From contig CAWHFW010000006.1 of assembly GCA_963828735.1 (NCBI GenBank), positions 1-64,000 of the forward strand: a DNA stretch of 64,000 bases, written 5' to 3'. Positions 41,506 to 53,017 of the stretch are shown piece by piece (position 1 is the stretch's first letter; the number at the start of each line of letters is the position of its first letter). The notes beneath the pieces were generated by a model. It made no database searches, was not told where the DNA came from, and was given only the letters and a program-made list of their open reading frames with translations. The DNA comes from an uncultured Gemmatimonadales bacterium (GTDB taxonomy: Bacteria; Gemmatimonadota; Gemmatimonadetes; Gemmatimonadales; GWC2-71-9). Made by a program: the position numbers and the translations under genes.

Positions 41506-42655
41506 GTCCCCCCGCACCGCCGACTTCGACTACCAGCTTCCGCCGGAGCTCATCGCCCAGGAGCCCCTTCCGGAGCGGAGCGCGAGCCGCCTGCTGATGG
41601 TCCTCCGCGCCGACCGGCGCGCCATGGGCCCCGATCGTCGCGCGGCCGAGCGCGCCGTGCGGCCAGCCGGCCGGCGCACGGTGGACAGCTTCCGGCAGCC
41701 CGCGATGGTCCCCGGCGATACCCGCTCCGTCCAGGGCGGCGTCCTGGTCGATTCCTGGTTCTCCCAGCTCAGCTCGCTCGTCCCAGCCGGCGACCTGCTG
41801 GTGCTCAACACCACGCGCGTTCGTCACGCCCGCCTCCTCGGCACCCGCGCGTCGGGCGCGCCGGCCGAGGTGCTGCTCATTCACCCGGCGGCGGACGAGA
41901 GCTGGGTCGCCCTCGGCAAGCCGGGCAGCGCGCTCCAACCCGGCAAGCGCGTCGCTTTCGACGACACCGTCGCCATCGAGACGCTCGAGGTGCTGCCCGA
42001 CGGCAATCGCCGGGTGCGCTTCGTCGGCGCCACGGCGGAGGAGGCGATCGCGCGGTTCGGCCGGCTGCCGCTGCCGCCCTACATCACTCGCGACCCCACC
42101 GAGGCCGACGACGAGCGGTACCAGACGGTCTACGCCCGACTCGAGGGGAGCGTCGCCGCGCCAACGGCGGGCCTCCACTTCACGACGGCGCTGCTCGACG
42201 GACTCTCGGCCAAGGGGGTCGTGGTCTCCGGACTGGACTTGCAGGTGGGACCGGGCACCTTCAAGCCGGTGGAGGTGGAGGACCCGCGCCTCCACCCGAT
42301 GCACCCGGAGCGATACGAGATCTCGCCGCGGCTGGCCGGGCTGATCGAGATCGTGCGCGAGCAGGGCGGTCGGGTGTGGGCGGTAGGCACCACGGTCGTT
42401 CGCGCGCTCGAGAGCGCCGCGCAATCGGACGGCACCGTCCGCGCCGGCGCGGGCGAGACGCGGCTCATGATCACGCCGGGCTACCCGTTCCGGGTCGTGG
42501 ACCGGCTGCTCACCAACTTCCACCTGCCGCGGTCGACCCTGCTCATGCTCGTGAGCGCGTTCGCCGGCCACGACCTCGCGATGGCGGCCTACGCCCACGC
42601 GGTGAGTCAGCGCTATCGCTTCTATTCCTACGGCGACGCCATGGTGATTCTCTGA
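41495..42655 (+). CDS. queA: S-adenosylmethionine:tRNA ribosyltransferase-isomerase
   Basis: [51 protein letters not shown] start. Confidence 0.97.
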   Translation: MTAESPRTADFDYQLPPELIAQEPLPERSASRLLMVLRADRRAMGPDRRAAERAVRPAGRRTVDSFRQPAMVPGDTRSVQGGVLVDSWFSQLSSLVPAGDLLVLNTTRVRHARLLGTRASGAPAEVLLIHPAADESWVALGKPGSALQPGKRVAFDDTVAIETLEVLPDGNRRVRFVGATAEEAIARFGRLPLPPYITRDPTEADDERYQTVYARLEGSVAAPTAGLHFTTALLDGLSAKGVVVSGLDLQVGPGTFKPVEVEDPRLHPMHPERYEISPRLAGLIEIVREQGGRVWAVGTTVVRALESAAQSDGTVRAGAGETRLMITPGYPFRVVDRLLTNFHLPRSTLLMLVSAFAGHDLAMAAYAHAVSQRYRFYSYGDAMVIL

Positions 42656-42668
42656 TCGGGAGCCGGAC

Positions 42669-44428
<1,760 letters not shown>

Positions 44429-44437
44429 GGAGAGCTC

Positions 44438-44779
44438 ATGCTTCAGGTGCAAACCGGTGCGGGCGGCGGGATCAGCGTGCTGGTGCTGCAGATGGTGGCC
44501 ATCGGTCTCGTGTTCTACTTCCTCATCCTGCGGCCGTCGGGTCAGGCGCGGAAGAAGCACGCCGAGCTGTTGAGCAATCTCAAGAAGGGCGACGAGGTGA
44601 TGACGAGCGGCGGGATCATCGGGAAAGTGCGCGACATCCGGGAAGTCGAGTCCGACGGCGTGAAGGAAACGCGTGTGACGGTGGAAAGCGGCACCTCGAG
44701 CTTCATCGTGGAGCGCTCGCGCATCGTCCGGATCGGCGGCGCGGGCGCACCCTCGTCGCCCGGAGCTCCCGCGGCATGA
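44438..44779 (+). CDS. yajC: Preprotein translocase subunit
   Basis: FYFLILRP, LKKGDEVMTSGGIIG; follows tgt. Confidence 0.95.
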   Translation: MLQVQTGAGGGISVLVLQMVAIGLVFYFLILRPSGQARKKHAELLSNLKKGDEVMTSGGIIGKVRDIREVESDGVKETRVTVESGTSSFIVERSRIVRIGGAGAPSSPGAPAA

Positions 44780-45312
44780 GCCTGCGCAGCATGCACCTGC
44801 TGGGCTCTCCCGTGCTCCGCCAGCGGAGCGCGGACGTCGGCGCGCCGGATGACGACGTTCGCCGGCTCGTCGAGGATCTCTTCGAGACGATGGACGCGGC
44901 GCGCGGCGTCGGCCTGGCGGCCAATCAGGTCGGTGTGGCCCGCCGCGTCGCCGTCGTGGATGCCGACGAGGATCGGTTCGAGATGATCGACCCGGTGATC
45001 ATCGAGAGCGAAGGGCGCGCCGCGGCCGAGGAGGGGTGCTTGTCCATTCCCGAGATCTACGGCGAGGTGAGCCGCCCCGAGCGCGTCGTGCTCGAGGCCA
45101 CGGACCGGCACGGCACGCGCTATCGCAAGGAGGCGACCGGGCTCAAGGCCCGCGCGATCCAGCACGAGCTCGACCACCTCGACGGCATCCTCTTCCTGGA
45201 CCACCTCAGCCTGGTCAAACGGCAGATCCTCCTGGCGCGCTATCGGCGGGACCACAAGGACGACAGCAGCTACATCAAGGAAGTGCAGCCGGAATCAGCC
45301 CGCTCGGAGTGA
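44776..45312 (+). CDS. def: Peptide deformylase
   Basis: GVGLAANQ, EGCLS, QHELDH. Confidence 0.97.
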   Translation: MSLRSMHLLGSPVLRQRSADVGAPDDDVRRLVEDLFETMDAARGVGLAANQVGVARRVAVVDADEDRFEMIDPVIIESEGRAAAEEGCLSIPEIYGEVSRPERVVLEATDRHGTRYRKEATGLKARAIQHELDHLDGILFLDHLSLVKRQILLARYRRDHKDDSSYIKEVQPESARSE

Positions 45313-46235
45313 TGCGGATCGTCTTCCTCGGCACCCCGGAATTCGCGGTGCCCTCCTTCAGGGCCCTGCTCAAGGAGCGGTACCAGGTGGTCGGGGTGGT
45401 CACCCAGCCCGACCGTCCCCAGGGGCGCTCGCGAAGCAGGCTGATCGCCCCACCGGTCAAGACCGAGGCGCTGAACGCCGGCATCCCGGTGCTCCAGCCC
45501 GCGCGTCCGCTCGGCGACGTGTTCCTCGCCGGCCTCCGCCGCCTCGAGCCGGACCTCGCTGTCGTCGTCGCCTATGGGCATATCCTCCGGCCCGACGTTC
45601 TCTCCCTCCCCCGCCTCGGCATGATCAACGTCCACGCCTCGTTGCTCCCGCGGTGGCGCGGGGCCGCGCCGATCCAGCATGCGATCCTGGCCGGCGATAC
45701 GGAAACGGGCGTCAGCATCATGCAGATGGATCAGGGGCTCGACAGCGGGCCGGTGCTGCATCGGGTCGCCACGCCGATCGGTCCGAACGAGACCGCCGGC
45801 TCGCTCGCGGCGCGCCTCGCGGAGCTCGGCGCCGCGGCGCTGATCGACGCGCTGGCGCTCCTTACCGGTGAGTTCGCGCGGCCGGAGCCCCAGGATGACG
45901 GCCGCGTGACGCTCGCGCCCAAGATCGACCGCGAACGCGGACGCCTCGACTGGAGCCGCGAGGCGGCGGCGCTCGCCCGCCAGGTCCGCGCGTTCGACCC
46001 GGCCCCCGGTGCGTGGACCGTACACGAGCAGAGCCCGCTCAAGCTGTTCGGCGCGGTAGCCGTTGCGGAGCAGGGCGAGCCGGGCTGCGTGCTCACCGCC
46101 GGCGACCGGCTGGTGGTGGGCTGTGGCGACGGCGCGCTGTCCCTCGACGAGGTGCAGCCGTCCGGGCGCACGCGGCTCACGGTGAGCGAGTGGGTGCGCG
46201 GGCGCGGGATCGCGGTCGGAGCACGGCTCGGATGA
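45312..46235 (+). CDS. fmt: Methionyl-tRNA formyltransferase
   Basis: FLGTPEFA, NVHASLLPRWRGAAP. Confidence 0.97.
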   Translation: MRIVFLGTPEFAVPSFRALLKERYQVVGVVTQPDRPQGRSRSRLIAPPVKTEALNAGIPVLQPARPLGDVFLAGLRRLEPDLAVVVAYGHILRPDVLSLPRLGMINVHASLLPRWRGAAPIQHAILAGDTETGVSIMQMDQGLDSGPVLHRVATPIGPNETAGSLAARLAELGAAALIDALALLTGEFARPEPQDDGRVTLAPKIDRERGRLDWSREAAALARQVRAFDPAPGAWTVHEQSPLKLFGAVAVAEQGEPGCVLTAGDRLVVGCGDGALSLDEVQPSGRTRLTVSEWVRGRGIAVGARLG

Positions 46236-46855
46236 GACCGCTGCCCCGGCTCCACGCGATCACGGACGCGGGCGTGCTGGCGGCGGACGACTTCGGCGTG
46301 CGCGCCGCGGCCATCGCCGCAGCCGGACCCGCGGTCGCGCTCCATGCGCGTGATCACTCCGCGAGCGGCGCCGCCCTCGCCGGCGCGGCGGCGAGACTCG
46401 TCGCGCTGGCGCGACCGCCCGAGGCCGCCGTCTTCGTCAACGGCCGGCCGGACGTGGCGGCGGCGGTCCACGCGCAGGGCGTCCAGCTCGCGAGCGGCGA
46501 CCTCGCCCCGGCGGATGCCCGGCGGATCTACGCGGAGGGCTGGATCGGCCGCTCGGTGCACGGCGCCGACGAGGCCGAGCGGGCGGTGGAGGAAGGAGCC
46601 GACTTTCTCCTCGTAGGCAACGTGTACGAGACGGCTTCGCACCCCGGCCGCGCAGCGGGCGGCGTCACTCTCGTCCGCCAGGCCGCGGCCCTCGGCCGGC
46701 CGGTGATCGCCATCGGCGGCATCGACGCGGCCCGGGCGCGCGAAGTTCGCGAGGCGGGCGCCTACGGAGTCGCGGCGATCACGGCCCTCTGGCGGGCACC
46801 GGACCCGGCGGCGGCGGCGCTTGCGCTCCTGGCCCCGTGGACGGAGAGCGCATGA
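46232..46855 (+). CDS. thiE: Thiamine phosphate synthase / TenI family
   Basis: GRSVH, ETASHPG, IAIGGI; lies next to thiS-thiG. Confidence 0.8.
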   Translation: MRPLPRLHAITDAGVLAADDFGVRAAAIAAAGPAVALHARDHSASGAALAGAAARLVALARPPEAAVFVNGRPDVAAAVHAQGVQLASGDLAPADARRIYAEGWIGRSVHGADEAERAVEEGADFLLVGNVYETASHPGRAAGGVTLVRQAAALGRPVIAIGGIDAARAREVREAGAYGVAAITALWRAPDPAAAALALLAPWTESA

Positions 46856-47061
46856 CCAGCATCGCCGTGACGATCAACGGAGAGACACGCCGGGTGCCCG
46901 GCCCGGCCACGCTGCTGGAACTGCTCGCGCATCTCGGGCTCGATCCCCGATCAGTCGTGGTCGAGCTCAACCGCGAAATCGTCCGGCGGCCGCGACTCGG
47001 CGAGACCGGCGTGGCCGAGGGCGACACCATCGAGCTGGTGCATTTCGTCGGCGGAGGGTGA
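46852..47061 (+). CDS. thiS: Sulfur carrier protein
   Basis: VVELNREIV; C-terminal VHFVGGG. Confidence 0.95.
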   Translation: MTSIAVTINGETRRVPGPATLLELLAHLGLDPRSVVVELNREIVRRPRLGETGVAEGDTIELVHFVGGG

Positions 47062-47105
47062 GGCCGAACGGGTTATCTTTCCGTGCGTTATTCCTTGGAG
47101 TCATC

Positions 47106-47924
47106 ATGACCGGCACGCTGAGTACGGAAACCGTCCGCCCCGACACGCTCGACGACGCCCCCCTCGTGCTGGGCGGGCGCCGCTTTCGCTCCCGTCTCAT
47201 GGTTGGCACCGGCAAATACCGAAGCAACCCGGAGATGGTGCGCGCGATCGACGCGTCAGGCGCGGAGATCGTGACGGTGGCCGTCCGCCGGGTGGACCTC
47301 GACCGCAGCAAGGAGGAGAGCGTCCTCCATCACCTGAGCCCGGACCGATACTTCCTCCTCGCCAACACCGCAGGCTGCTACACCGCCGACGAGGCCATCC
47401 GCTATGCCCGCCTCGCCCGCGAGGCAGGGTTCAACGATTTCGTGAAGCTGGAAGTCATCGGCGACCGAGAGACCCTGCTGCCGGACGCCGAGGGGCTCCT
47501 CGCCGCCGCGCGGACGCTCGTGCGCGAAGGCTTTCAGGTGCTCGCCTACACGAACGACGACCTGATCACCGCGCTGCGCCTGGAAGAGGTCGGCTGTGCC
47601 GCGGTGATGCCGCTCGCCTCGCCAATCGGCAGCGGGCTCGGCCTGGTCAATCCTTTCAGCATCCGCACGATCAAGCGCCGGCTGTCGGTCCCGGTCATCG
47701 TGGACGCTGGCGTGGGCATCGCATCCGACGCATGCCTCACCATGGAGCAGGGCGTCGACGGCATCCTGATGAACACCGCCCTCGCCGAGGCGCAGGATCC
47801 GGTGGCCATGGCACGCGCGATGGGGCTCGCGGTCGAGGCGGGCCGTCTGGCTTACCTGGCCGGTCGCATGCCGCGGCGGGAGATCGCCGTGCCCTCGAGC
47901 CCCATCCGTGGAATGTTGGAATAG
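47106..47924 (+). CDS. thiG: Thiazole synthase
   Basis: SRLMVGTGKY, NTAGC, KLEVIGD, MPLASPIGSG, VDAG. Confidence 0.97.
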   Translation: MTGTLSTETVRPDTLDDAPLVLGGRRFRSRLMVGTGKYRSNPEMVRAIDASGAEIVTVAVRRVDLDRSKEESVLHHLSPDRYFLLANTAGCYTADEAIRYARLAREAGFNDFVKLEVIGDRETLLPDAEGLLAAARTLVREGFQVLAYTNDDLITALRLEEVGCAAVMPLASPIGSGLGLVNPFSIRTIKRRLSVPVIVDAGVGIASDACLTMEQGVDGILMNTALAEAQDPVAMARAMGLAVEAGRLAYLAGRMPRREIAVPSSPIRGMLE

Positions 47925-47932
47925 GAATTAGC

Positions 47933-49246
47933 GTGAAGCGGCCGGCGGTCACGGCCCCGGGGTTCGAGCCCAGGCGAGCCGCCTACGACGTGCTGGAGCA
48001 GGTGCGCGCTGGGCTGCCGTTCGAGGTCGCCCTGGATCGCGCGGTCAAACGCCTGACGGAGCCCGATCGTCGGCTGGCCCACGAGCTCGCGGCAGGCGTG
48101 CTGCGAAGCCAGACGGCTCTCGACGACTCCCTCGCTCCGCTCGTGCCGGGTGGATGGGCGAGCGTCGCCCCCGAGCTCAAGCATGTGCTTCGGCTTGGCG
48201 CGTTCCAGCTCACCGCCCTCGATCGGGTTCCGCCGCACGCGGCGGTGGATACCAGCGTGGCACTGGCCAAGGCGGCGGTCGGCGCGCGCGCCGGCGGATT
48301 CGTGAACGCGGTCCTTCGTCGGCTGGGCCGGAGCGAGCCGGCGGAAACTCGACCGGAGTCCTCGGCCGAAGGGCTGGCGCGCGCCGCCTCGCACCCGCCC
48401 TGGCTCGTAAAGAGATGGCTCGAGCGCTTCGGTCCCGAGGAGACGGTCGAGCTGCTCCGGTGGAACAACACGCGTCCACGACTGGTGCTGCAGCCCGCGC
48501 GCGAGCCCCAGGCGGCGCTGGAGGCCCGGTGGCGCGAAGCCGGGATCGATGTGACCGAGGCGCCGTTCGGTGCCGGACTCGTCACCGACCGCAGCCGGCC
48601 TCAGGACCTGCCGGGCTACGAGGTGGGCGCGTTCATCGTTCAGGATCCGGCCCACGCTCTGGTCGTGCGCTACGCCGATCTGCCGGCCGGCGCGATCCTG
48701 TACGATGCCTGCGCCGCGCCCGGTGGAAAGACGATCGCGTTTGGCCGCGGCCTCGGCCGGGTGATCGCGGGCGACCTGGGTCAGGGACGGGTTCGGCGGC
48801 TCGCGACGAATCTGCGGCGGGCAGGGAGCGGACGCGAGCACCCGATCGTGGCCGACGCGCGTGCGGCGCCGCTCCGTGGGGTGGACGCCGTGCTCATCGA
48901 TGCACCGTGCCTCGGCACGGGCACGCTCGCCCGCCACCCCGACGCCCGCTGGCGCATCACTCCCGATGCGCTGACGATGCTTCAGCGCCGCCAGGCGGAC
49001 CTGCTCGATGGCGCCGCGGACGCGGTCGCCTCCGGTGGGTGCCTGATCTATGCCACGTGCTCGATCGAGCCCGAGGAAAACGGAGAGCAGGTGAACGCGT
49101 TCCTGCGACGACATCCCGAGTTCCGGCGGGAACCCGGCCCTTCGTTTCCCGCCGTACTGACTTCCTCCGACGGGGACCTCATGATCCTGCCGCAGCGGCA
49201 CCAGATGGGCGGTGCGTACGCCGCCCGGCTCCGACGCGCCCGGTGA
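47933..49246 (+). CDS. rsmB: 16S rRNA m5C967 methyltransferase
   Basis: NusB-like N-domain (GFVNAVLR), SHP.W, DACAAPGGK, DAPC, YATCS. Confidence 0.95.
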   Translation: MKRPAVTAPGFEPRRAAYDVLEQVRAGLPFEVALDRAVKRLTEPDRRLAHELAAGVLRSQTALDDSLAPLVPGGWASVAPELKHVLRLGAFQLTALDRVPPHAAVDTSVALAKAAVGARAGGFVNAVLRRLGRSEPAETRPESSAEGLARAASHPPWLVKRWLERFGPEETVELLRWNNTRPRLVLQPAREPQAALEARWREAGIDVTEAPFGAGLVTDRSRPQDLPGYEVGAFIVQDPAHALVVRYADLPAGAILYDACAAPGGKTIAFGRGLGRVIAGDLGQGRVRRLATNLRRAGSGREHPIVADARAAPLRGVDAVLIDAPCLGTGTLARHPDARWRITPDALTMLQRRQADLLDGAADAVASGGCLIYATCSIEPEENGEQVNAFLRRHPEFRREPGPSFPAVLTSSDGDLMILPQRHQMGGAYAARLRRAR

Positions 49247-49256
49247 GAACCGATCC

Positions 49257-49832
49257 ATGAGAATGCGCCGGCATACCGAGCCGACCTTCGGCTCCTGGCG
49301 CACCGCGCCCTGGGGCCGGTTCGCGCGAGACATCGGCCTGGTCCTCCTGACGTTCGTGGTGGGATACGCCGCCTCGGTCTACTGGATCACCCCCCGCTCG
49401 GTGACCGGCGACGAGCACGCGGTGCCCCGCGTGCTGGACCGTCCCCTCGAGGAGGCCCGGGCGACGCTCACGAAGGCGGGGTTTCGCAGCCGTGTCGAGG
49501 GTGACCGGTCCAGCCCGTCGGCCCCGCGCGGGGGCGTCGCCTGGCAGGATCCGCCGCCGGGCACAGCCGCGCCGCCCAACACGGTGGTGCAGCTCTTCCC
49601 GAGCAGCGGACCCGCGCCGGCCACGGTACCGGATGTGATCGGGTTCGCGCTGCCGTCGGCCGAGCGGGTGGTCGAGGCCGCCGGCATCAAGGTCGGGCGC
49701 GTGGATACGGTGCGAGGTGGAGGTCCGGAGCCGGGGGTGGTGATCGCCATCCACCCCGCCCCGGGCAACGGCCGGCCGAGGGGCTCGACCGTGGACCTGA
49801 TCGTGAGCGGCCCGCCGGGGGGTGGGTCATGA
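49257..49832 (+). CDS. Membrane-anchored PASTA-domain protein (two PASTA repeats, no kinase domain)
   Basis: One TM; VPRVL and VPDVIG repeats; QDPPPG; VDLIVS. Confidence 0.85.
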   Translation: MRMRRHTEPTFGSWRTAPWGRFARDIGLVLLTFVVGYAASVYWITPRSVTGDEHAVPRVLDRPLEEARATLTKAGFRSRVEGDRSSPSAPRGGVAWQDPPPGTAAPPNTVVQLFPSSGPAPATVPDVIGFALPSAERVVEAAGIKVGRVDTVRGGGPEPGVVIAIHPAPGNGRPRGSTVDLIVSGPPGGGS

Positions 49833-50494
49833 GCGTCCGCATCGCCCCGAGCGTGCTGAGCGCCGACCTCGGTCGCCTCCGCGAGCAGGTGGAGCAGGCG
49901 ATCGCGGGAGGAGCGGAATGGGTTCACGTGGACGTGATGGACGGCCACTTCGTGCCGAACCTGACGTTCGGCGCGCCGCTCATTCGCGCGCTCCGCCGCA
50001 TCACGGAGCGGCCGCTCGACGTCCACTTGATGGTGGAGCGCCCCGAGCACTACATCGCCGAATTCGCGGACGCGGGCGCCAGCGTGTTCACGTTCCATCC
50101 CGAGGCGACGGTGCACGTCCAGCGGCAACTGGCCGCCGTCCGCGAGCGCGGCATGCGGGCGGGCCTCGCGCTCAACCCCGCGACGCCGCTCGCGCTCATC
50201 GAGGAGGTCGTTCCCGACCTGGACCTCGTGCTGGTCATGTCGGTGAACCCCGGGTACGGCGGCCAGTCGTACCTGCCGGGCTCCACCGACAAGATCCGCC
50301 GCACGAGGGCGCTGCTCGACCGTCACCGGTCCCGCGCCACGCTGGAGGTGGACGGGGGCATCACCACCACCACCATCGCCGACGCCTGGGGAGCCGGGGC
50401 GGACACCTTCGTCGCCGGCACCGCGGTGTTCGGCGCTGCCGACCCCGCGGCGGCCGTGCGAGATCTCGCGCGCCGCTGCGCGGTCAGCGCCTGA
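49829..50494 (+). CDS. rpe: Ribulose-phosphate 3-epimerase
   Basis: HVDVMDGHFVPNLTFG, DVHLM, MSVNPG, VDGG. Confidence 0.98.
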   Translation: MSVRIAPSVLSADLGRLREQVEQAIAGGAEWVHVDVMDGHFVPNLTFGAPLIRALRRITERPLDVHLMVERPEHYIAEFADAGASVFTFHPEATVHVQRQLAAVRERGMRAGLALNPATPLALIEEVVPDLDLVLVMSVNPGYGGQSYLPGSTDKIRRTRALLDRHRSRATLEVDGGITTTTIADAWGAGADTFVAGTAVFGAADPAAAVRDLARRCAVSA

Positions 50495-50501
50495 GGACGT
50501 C

Positions 50502-51041
50502 ATGTCGAAGCAATGGATCTTCGTGGGGCTCATCGTCGCCGGCGTCGCCGCCGGCGCCACCATCATGACCAAGGTGGGAAGCGAGGTCGCTCGGGTCGAG
50601 GTCGGAGCGACGGCGCCGGAATTCCGGGCGGTGGACCTCGCGACCGGCGATTCGGTCTCCCTGCGCGAGCACTATCGCGGCAAGGTCACCCTGGTGAACA
50701 TCTGGGCCACCTGGTGCGTGCCCTGTCGGGTCGAGATGCCGGCGATGGAGCAGCTCTACACGGCGCTCGCGCCGCGAGGGTTTGCGATCGCCGCCGTGAG
50801 CATCGACGAGGGTGCGCCGGAGGACGTCCGCAAGTTCGGGCAGGACCTCGCCCTGAGCTTCGACCTGCTGCAGGACCGCTCCACGCGCGTCCAGCAGCTC
50901 TACCAGACGACCGGCGTGCCGGAGAGCTTCCTGCTCGACCGACGTGGGGTCATCGTGAAGCGCGTGATCGGGGCGCAGGACTGGAACTCGCCCGCCAACC
51001 GCGCGCTGGTCGAGCGCCTGCTCGCCGAGTCCGGCACGTGA
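50502..51041 (+). CDS. TlpA/ResA-like thiol-disulfide oxidoreductase
   Basis: N-terminal anchor; NIWATWCVPC; GVPES. Confidence 0.92.
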   Translation: MSKQWIFVGLIVAGVAAGATIMTKVGSEVARVEVGATAPEFRAVDLATGDSVSLREHYRGKVTLVNIWATWCVPCRVEMPAMEQLYTALAPRGFAIAAVSIDEGAPEDVRKFGQDLALSFDLLQDRSTRVQQLYQTTGVPESFLLDRRGVIVKRVIGAQDWNSPANRALVERLLAESGT

Positions 51042-51042
51042 C

Positions 51043-51960
51043 GTGAGCCTCCGTCGGGCTCTCACCGCCGATCTGCCGCTCAAGCTCACCTCGCTGGGGC
51101 TGTCGCTCTTTCTCTGGTTTCTGGCGGCGAGCGAGGAGCCCGCGAGCACCCTCGTGCCGGTCGACATGACGGTGCGTCCCCCCGCTGGGCGCACGGTCGT
51201 ACGGACCGAAGGACCCGTACGGGCGCTCGTCTACGGCCCGCGACGTGAGCTGCTCAAGCTGTCCGCTTCCCCCATGCGACTCACGCGCGTCATCGCCGAT
51301 TCGACCGTGGCGGACCAGGTGCGGGTCGATGTCGGCCCCGGCGACCTCGAGCTTCCGCGGGGCGTGGACGTGCACGTGCAGGACGTGCAGCCCCGCTCGG
51401 TCGAGGTCCAGCTCGACTCCACGTTCCAGCGCGTCGTACCCGTGCGCGCCGTCGTCCGCCTGCCGCCCGAGACCGGGCACGTGCTCAGCGCCATCGCGGT
51501 CGTCCCGGGCACCGTGCGTCTCCTCGGCCCGCGCGAGGATCTGCGGCGCATCGACTCGGCGCGTACCATGCCGCTCGAAATGGCGCAGGCGGATGGCCCG
51601 GTCGAGGAGACGCTCGCGCTGGACACCTCGGGCTTCGGGCGCGTGCGGGCCGTACCCACGGAGGTGACGATCCGCGTGGATGTCGAGGCCGTGGGCGAAC
51701 GGACTCTGCGCGGGGTCCCGGTCCGCCTCCCGAGCGATCTCGCCGCCTCGATGCGGCCGGATCTGGCCACGGTCGAGGTGCGGGTGCGAGGCGCCGCCAG
51801 TCGGCTGAGCGGGCTCGCGAGGGACAGCGTGCCCGTCGTGGTGGACTGGAGCGGCTCGGCGCCCGCCCGCGTTCCGCTCCGCGTCCTCGCGCCACAGGGA
51901 CTCGAGGCCACGGCCGTACCGGACAGCGTCACGCTGGTGCGCCGGAGCGGCGATGGCTGA
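51043..51960 (+). CDS. YbbR/CdaR-like membrane-anchored protein
   Basis: DLPLKLTSLGLSLFLW anchor; repeated P..V.V.G beta modules. Confidence 0.75.
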   Translation: MSLRRALTADLPLKLTSLGLSLFLWFLAASEEPASTLVPVDMTVRPPAGRTVVRTEGPVRALVYGPRRELLKLSASPMRLTRVIADSTVADQVRVDVGPGDLELPRGVDVHVQDVQPRSVEVQLDSTFQRVVPVRAVVRLPPETGHVLSAIAVVPGTVRLLGPREDLRRIDSARTMPLEMAQADGPVEETLALDTSGFGRVRAVPTEVTIRVDVEAVGERTLRGVPVRLPSDLAASMRPDLATVEVRVRGAASRLSGLARDSVPVVVDWSGSAPARVPLRVLAPQGLEATAVPDSVTLVRRSGDG

Positions 51961-53017
51961 GCTCGTGCTGGGCATCGAGACGTCGTGCGACGAGACCAGC
52001 GCCGCCGTCCTGCGCCGGACCGGCGATCGCGCCGAGATCGCGGGCCTTTCGATCCTCTCGCAGGACGTGCACCGGATCTTTGGCGGCGTGGTGCCGGAGC
52101 TGGCAAGCCGCGCGCACGTGCAGGCGATCGGGTCCGTCGTGGATCGAGCACTGGCCGACGCGGGCATCGGGCTCGGCGAGCTCGATGGGATCACGGTGAC
52201 CGCCGGCCCCGGCCTTGTCGGCGCACTGCTGGTCGGGGTGATGTACGGCAAGACGCTCGCGTTCAGCCTCGACCGGCCCCTGCTGGGGGTGAACCACCTC
52301 GAGGGACACCTCTTCGCCCCGACACTCGAGGATCCCGAGCTCGCGCCCCCCTTCGTCGGGCTACTGGTGAGCGGCGGCCACACCATGCTGCTCGACGTGC
52401 CCGCGTGGGGCGAGTATCGGCTGCTGGGGCAAACGCTCGACGACGCCGCCGGAGAGGCGTTCGACAAGGTGGCCAAGCTCCTCGGCCTCGGCTATCCGGG
52501 CGGCGCCCCGATCGAGCGCCTCGCGCGCGAGGGACACGCCGGCCGGTTCCGGTTTCCCCGGCCGATGCTGCAGGACCTCGACCGCGACGGACCCACTCGC
52601 TACGCTTTCTCGTTCAGCGGCCTCAAGACCGCGGTCCTTCGCGCGGTGCGTGAGGCCGAGCTGTCGCCGCAGGACCGGGCCGACGTGGCCCTGGCGTTCC
52701 AGGATGCGGCCAACGACGTGCTGGTCGCGAAGACGGCGTACGCGGTGGAGGCCCTCGGCTACTCGGCGGCGATGATCGGCGGGGGCGTAGCGTGCAACCG
52801 GGCGCTGGTCACTCGCCTGCGTGACCGGCTGGCGGGACAGGCTCGCGTGAGCGTAGCTTCCCCCCGGCTCAACACCGACAACGCCGCGATGATCGCCGCC
52901 GCCGGGGCATGGCGCCTGGCCCGTGGTGAGCGCAGCGGCTGGGACCTCGAGCCGCGCGACGACCTGCCTCTGCCTGGGCTCGTGGCCCCGATACCCGTTT
53001 CCGGATCCGACGCGTGA
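51953..53017 (+). CDS. tsaD: tRNA t6A threonylcarbamoyltransferase
   Basis: LGIETSCDET, GGVVPELASR, NHLEGH, SGGHT, FSFSGLKT, TDNAAMI. Confidence 0.98.
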   Translation: MAELVLGIETSCDETSAAVLRRTGDRAEIAGLSILSQDVHRIFGGVVPELASRAHVQAIGSVVDRALADAGIGLGELDGITVTAGPGLVGALLVGVMYGKTLAFSLDRPLLGVNHLEGHLFAPTLEDPELAPPFVGLLVSGGHTMLLDVPAWGEYRLLGQTLDDAAGEAFDKVAKLLGLGYPGGAPIERLAREGHAGRFRFPRPMLQDLDRDGPTRYAFSFSGLKTAVLRAVREAELSPQDRADVALAFQDAANDVLVAKTAYAVEALGYSAAMIGGGVACNRALVTRLRDRLAGQARVSVASPRLNTDNAAMIAAAGAWRLARGERSGWDLEPRDDLPLPGLVAPIPVSGSDA

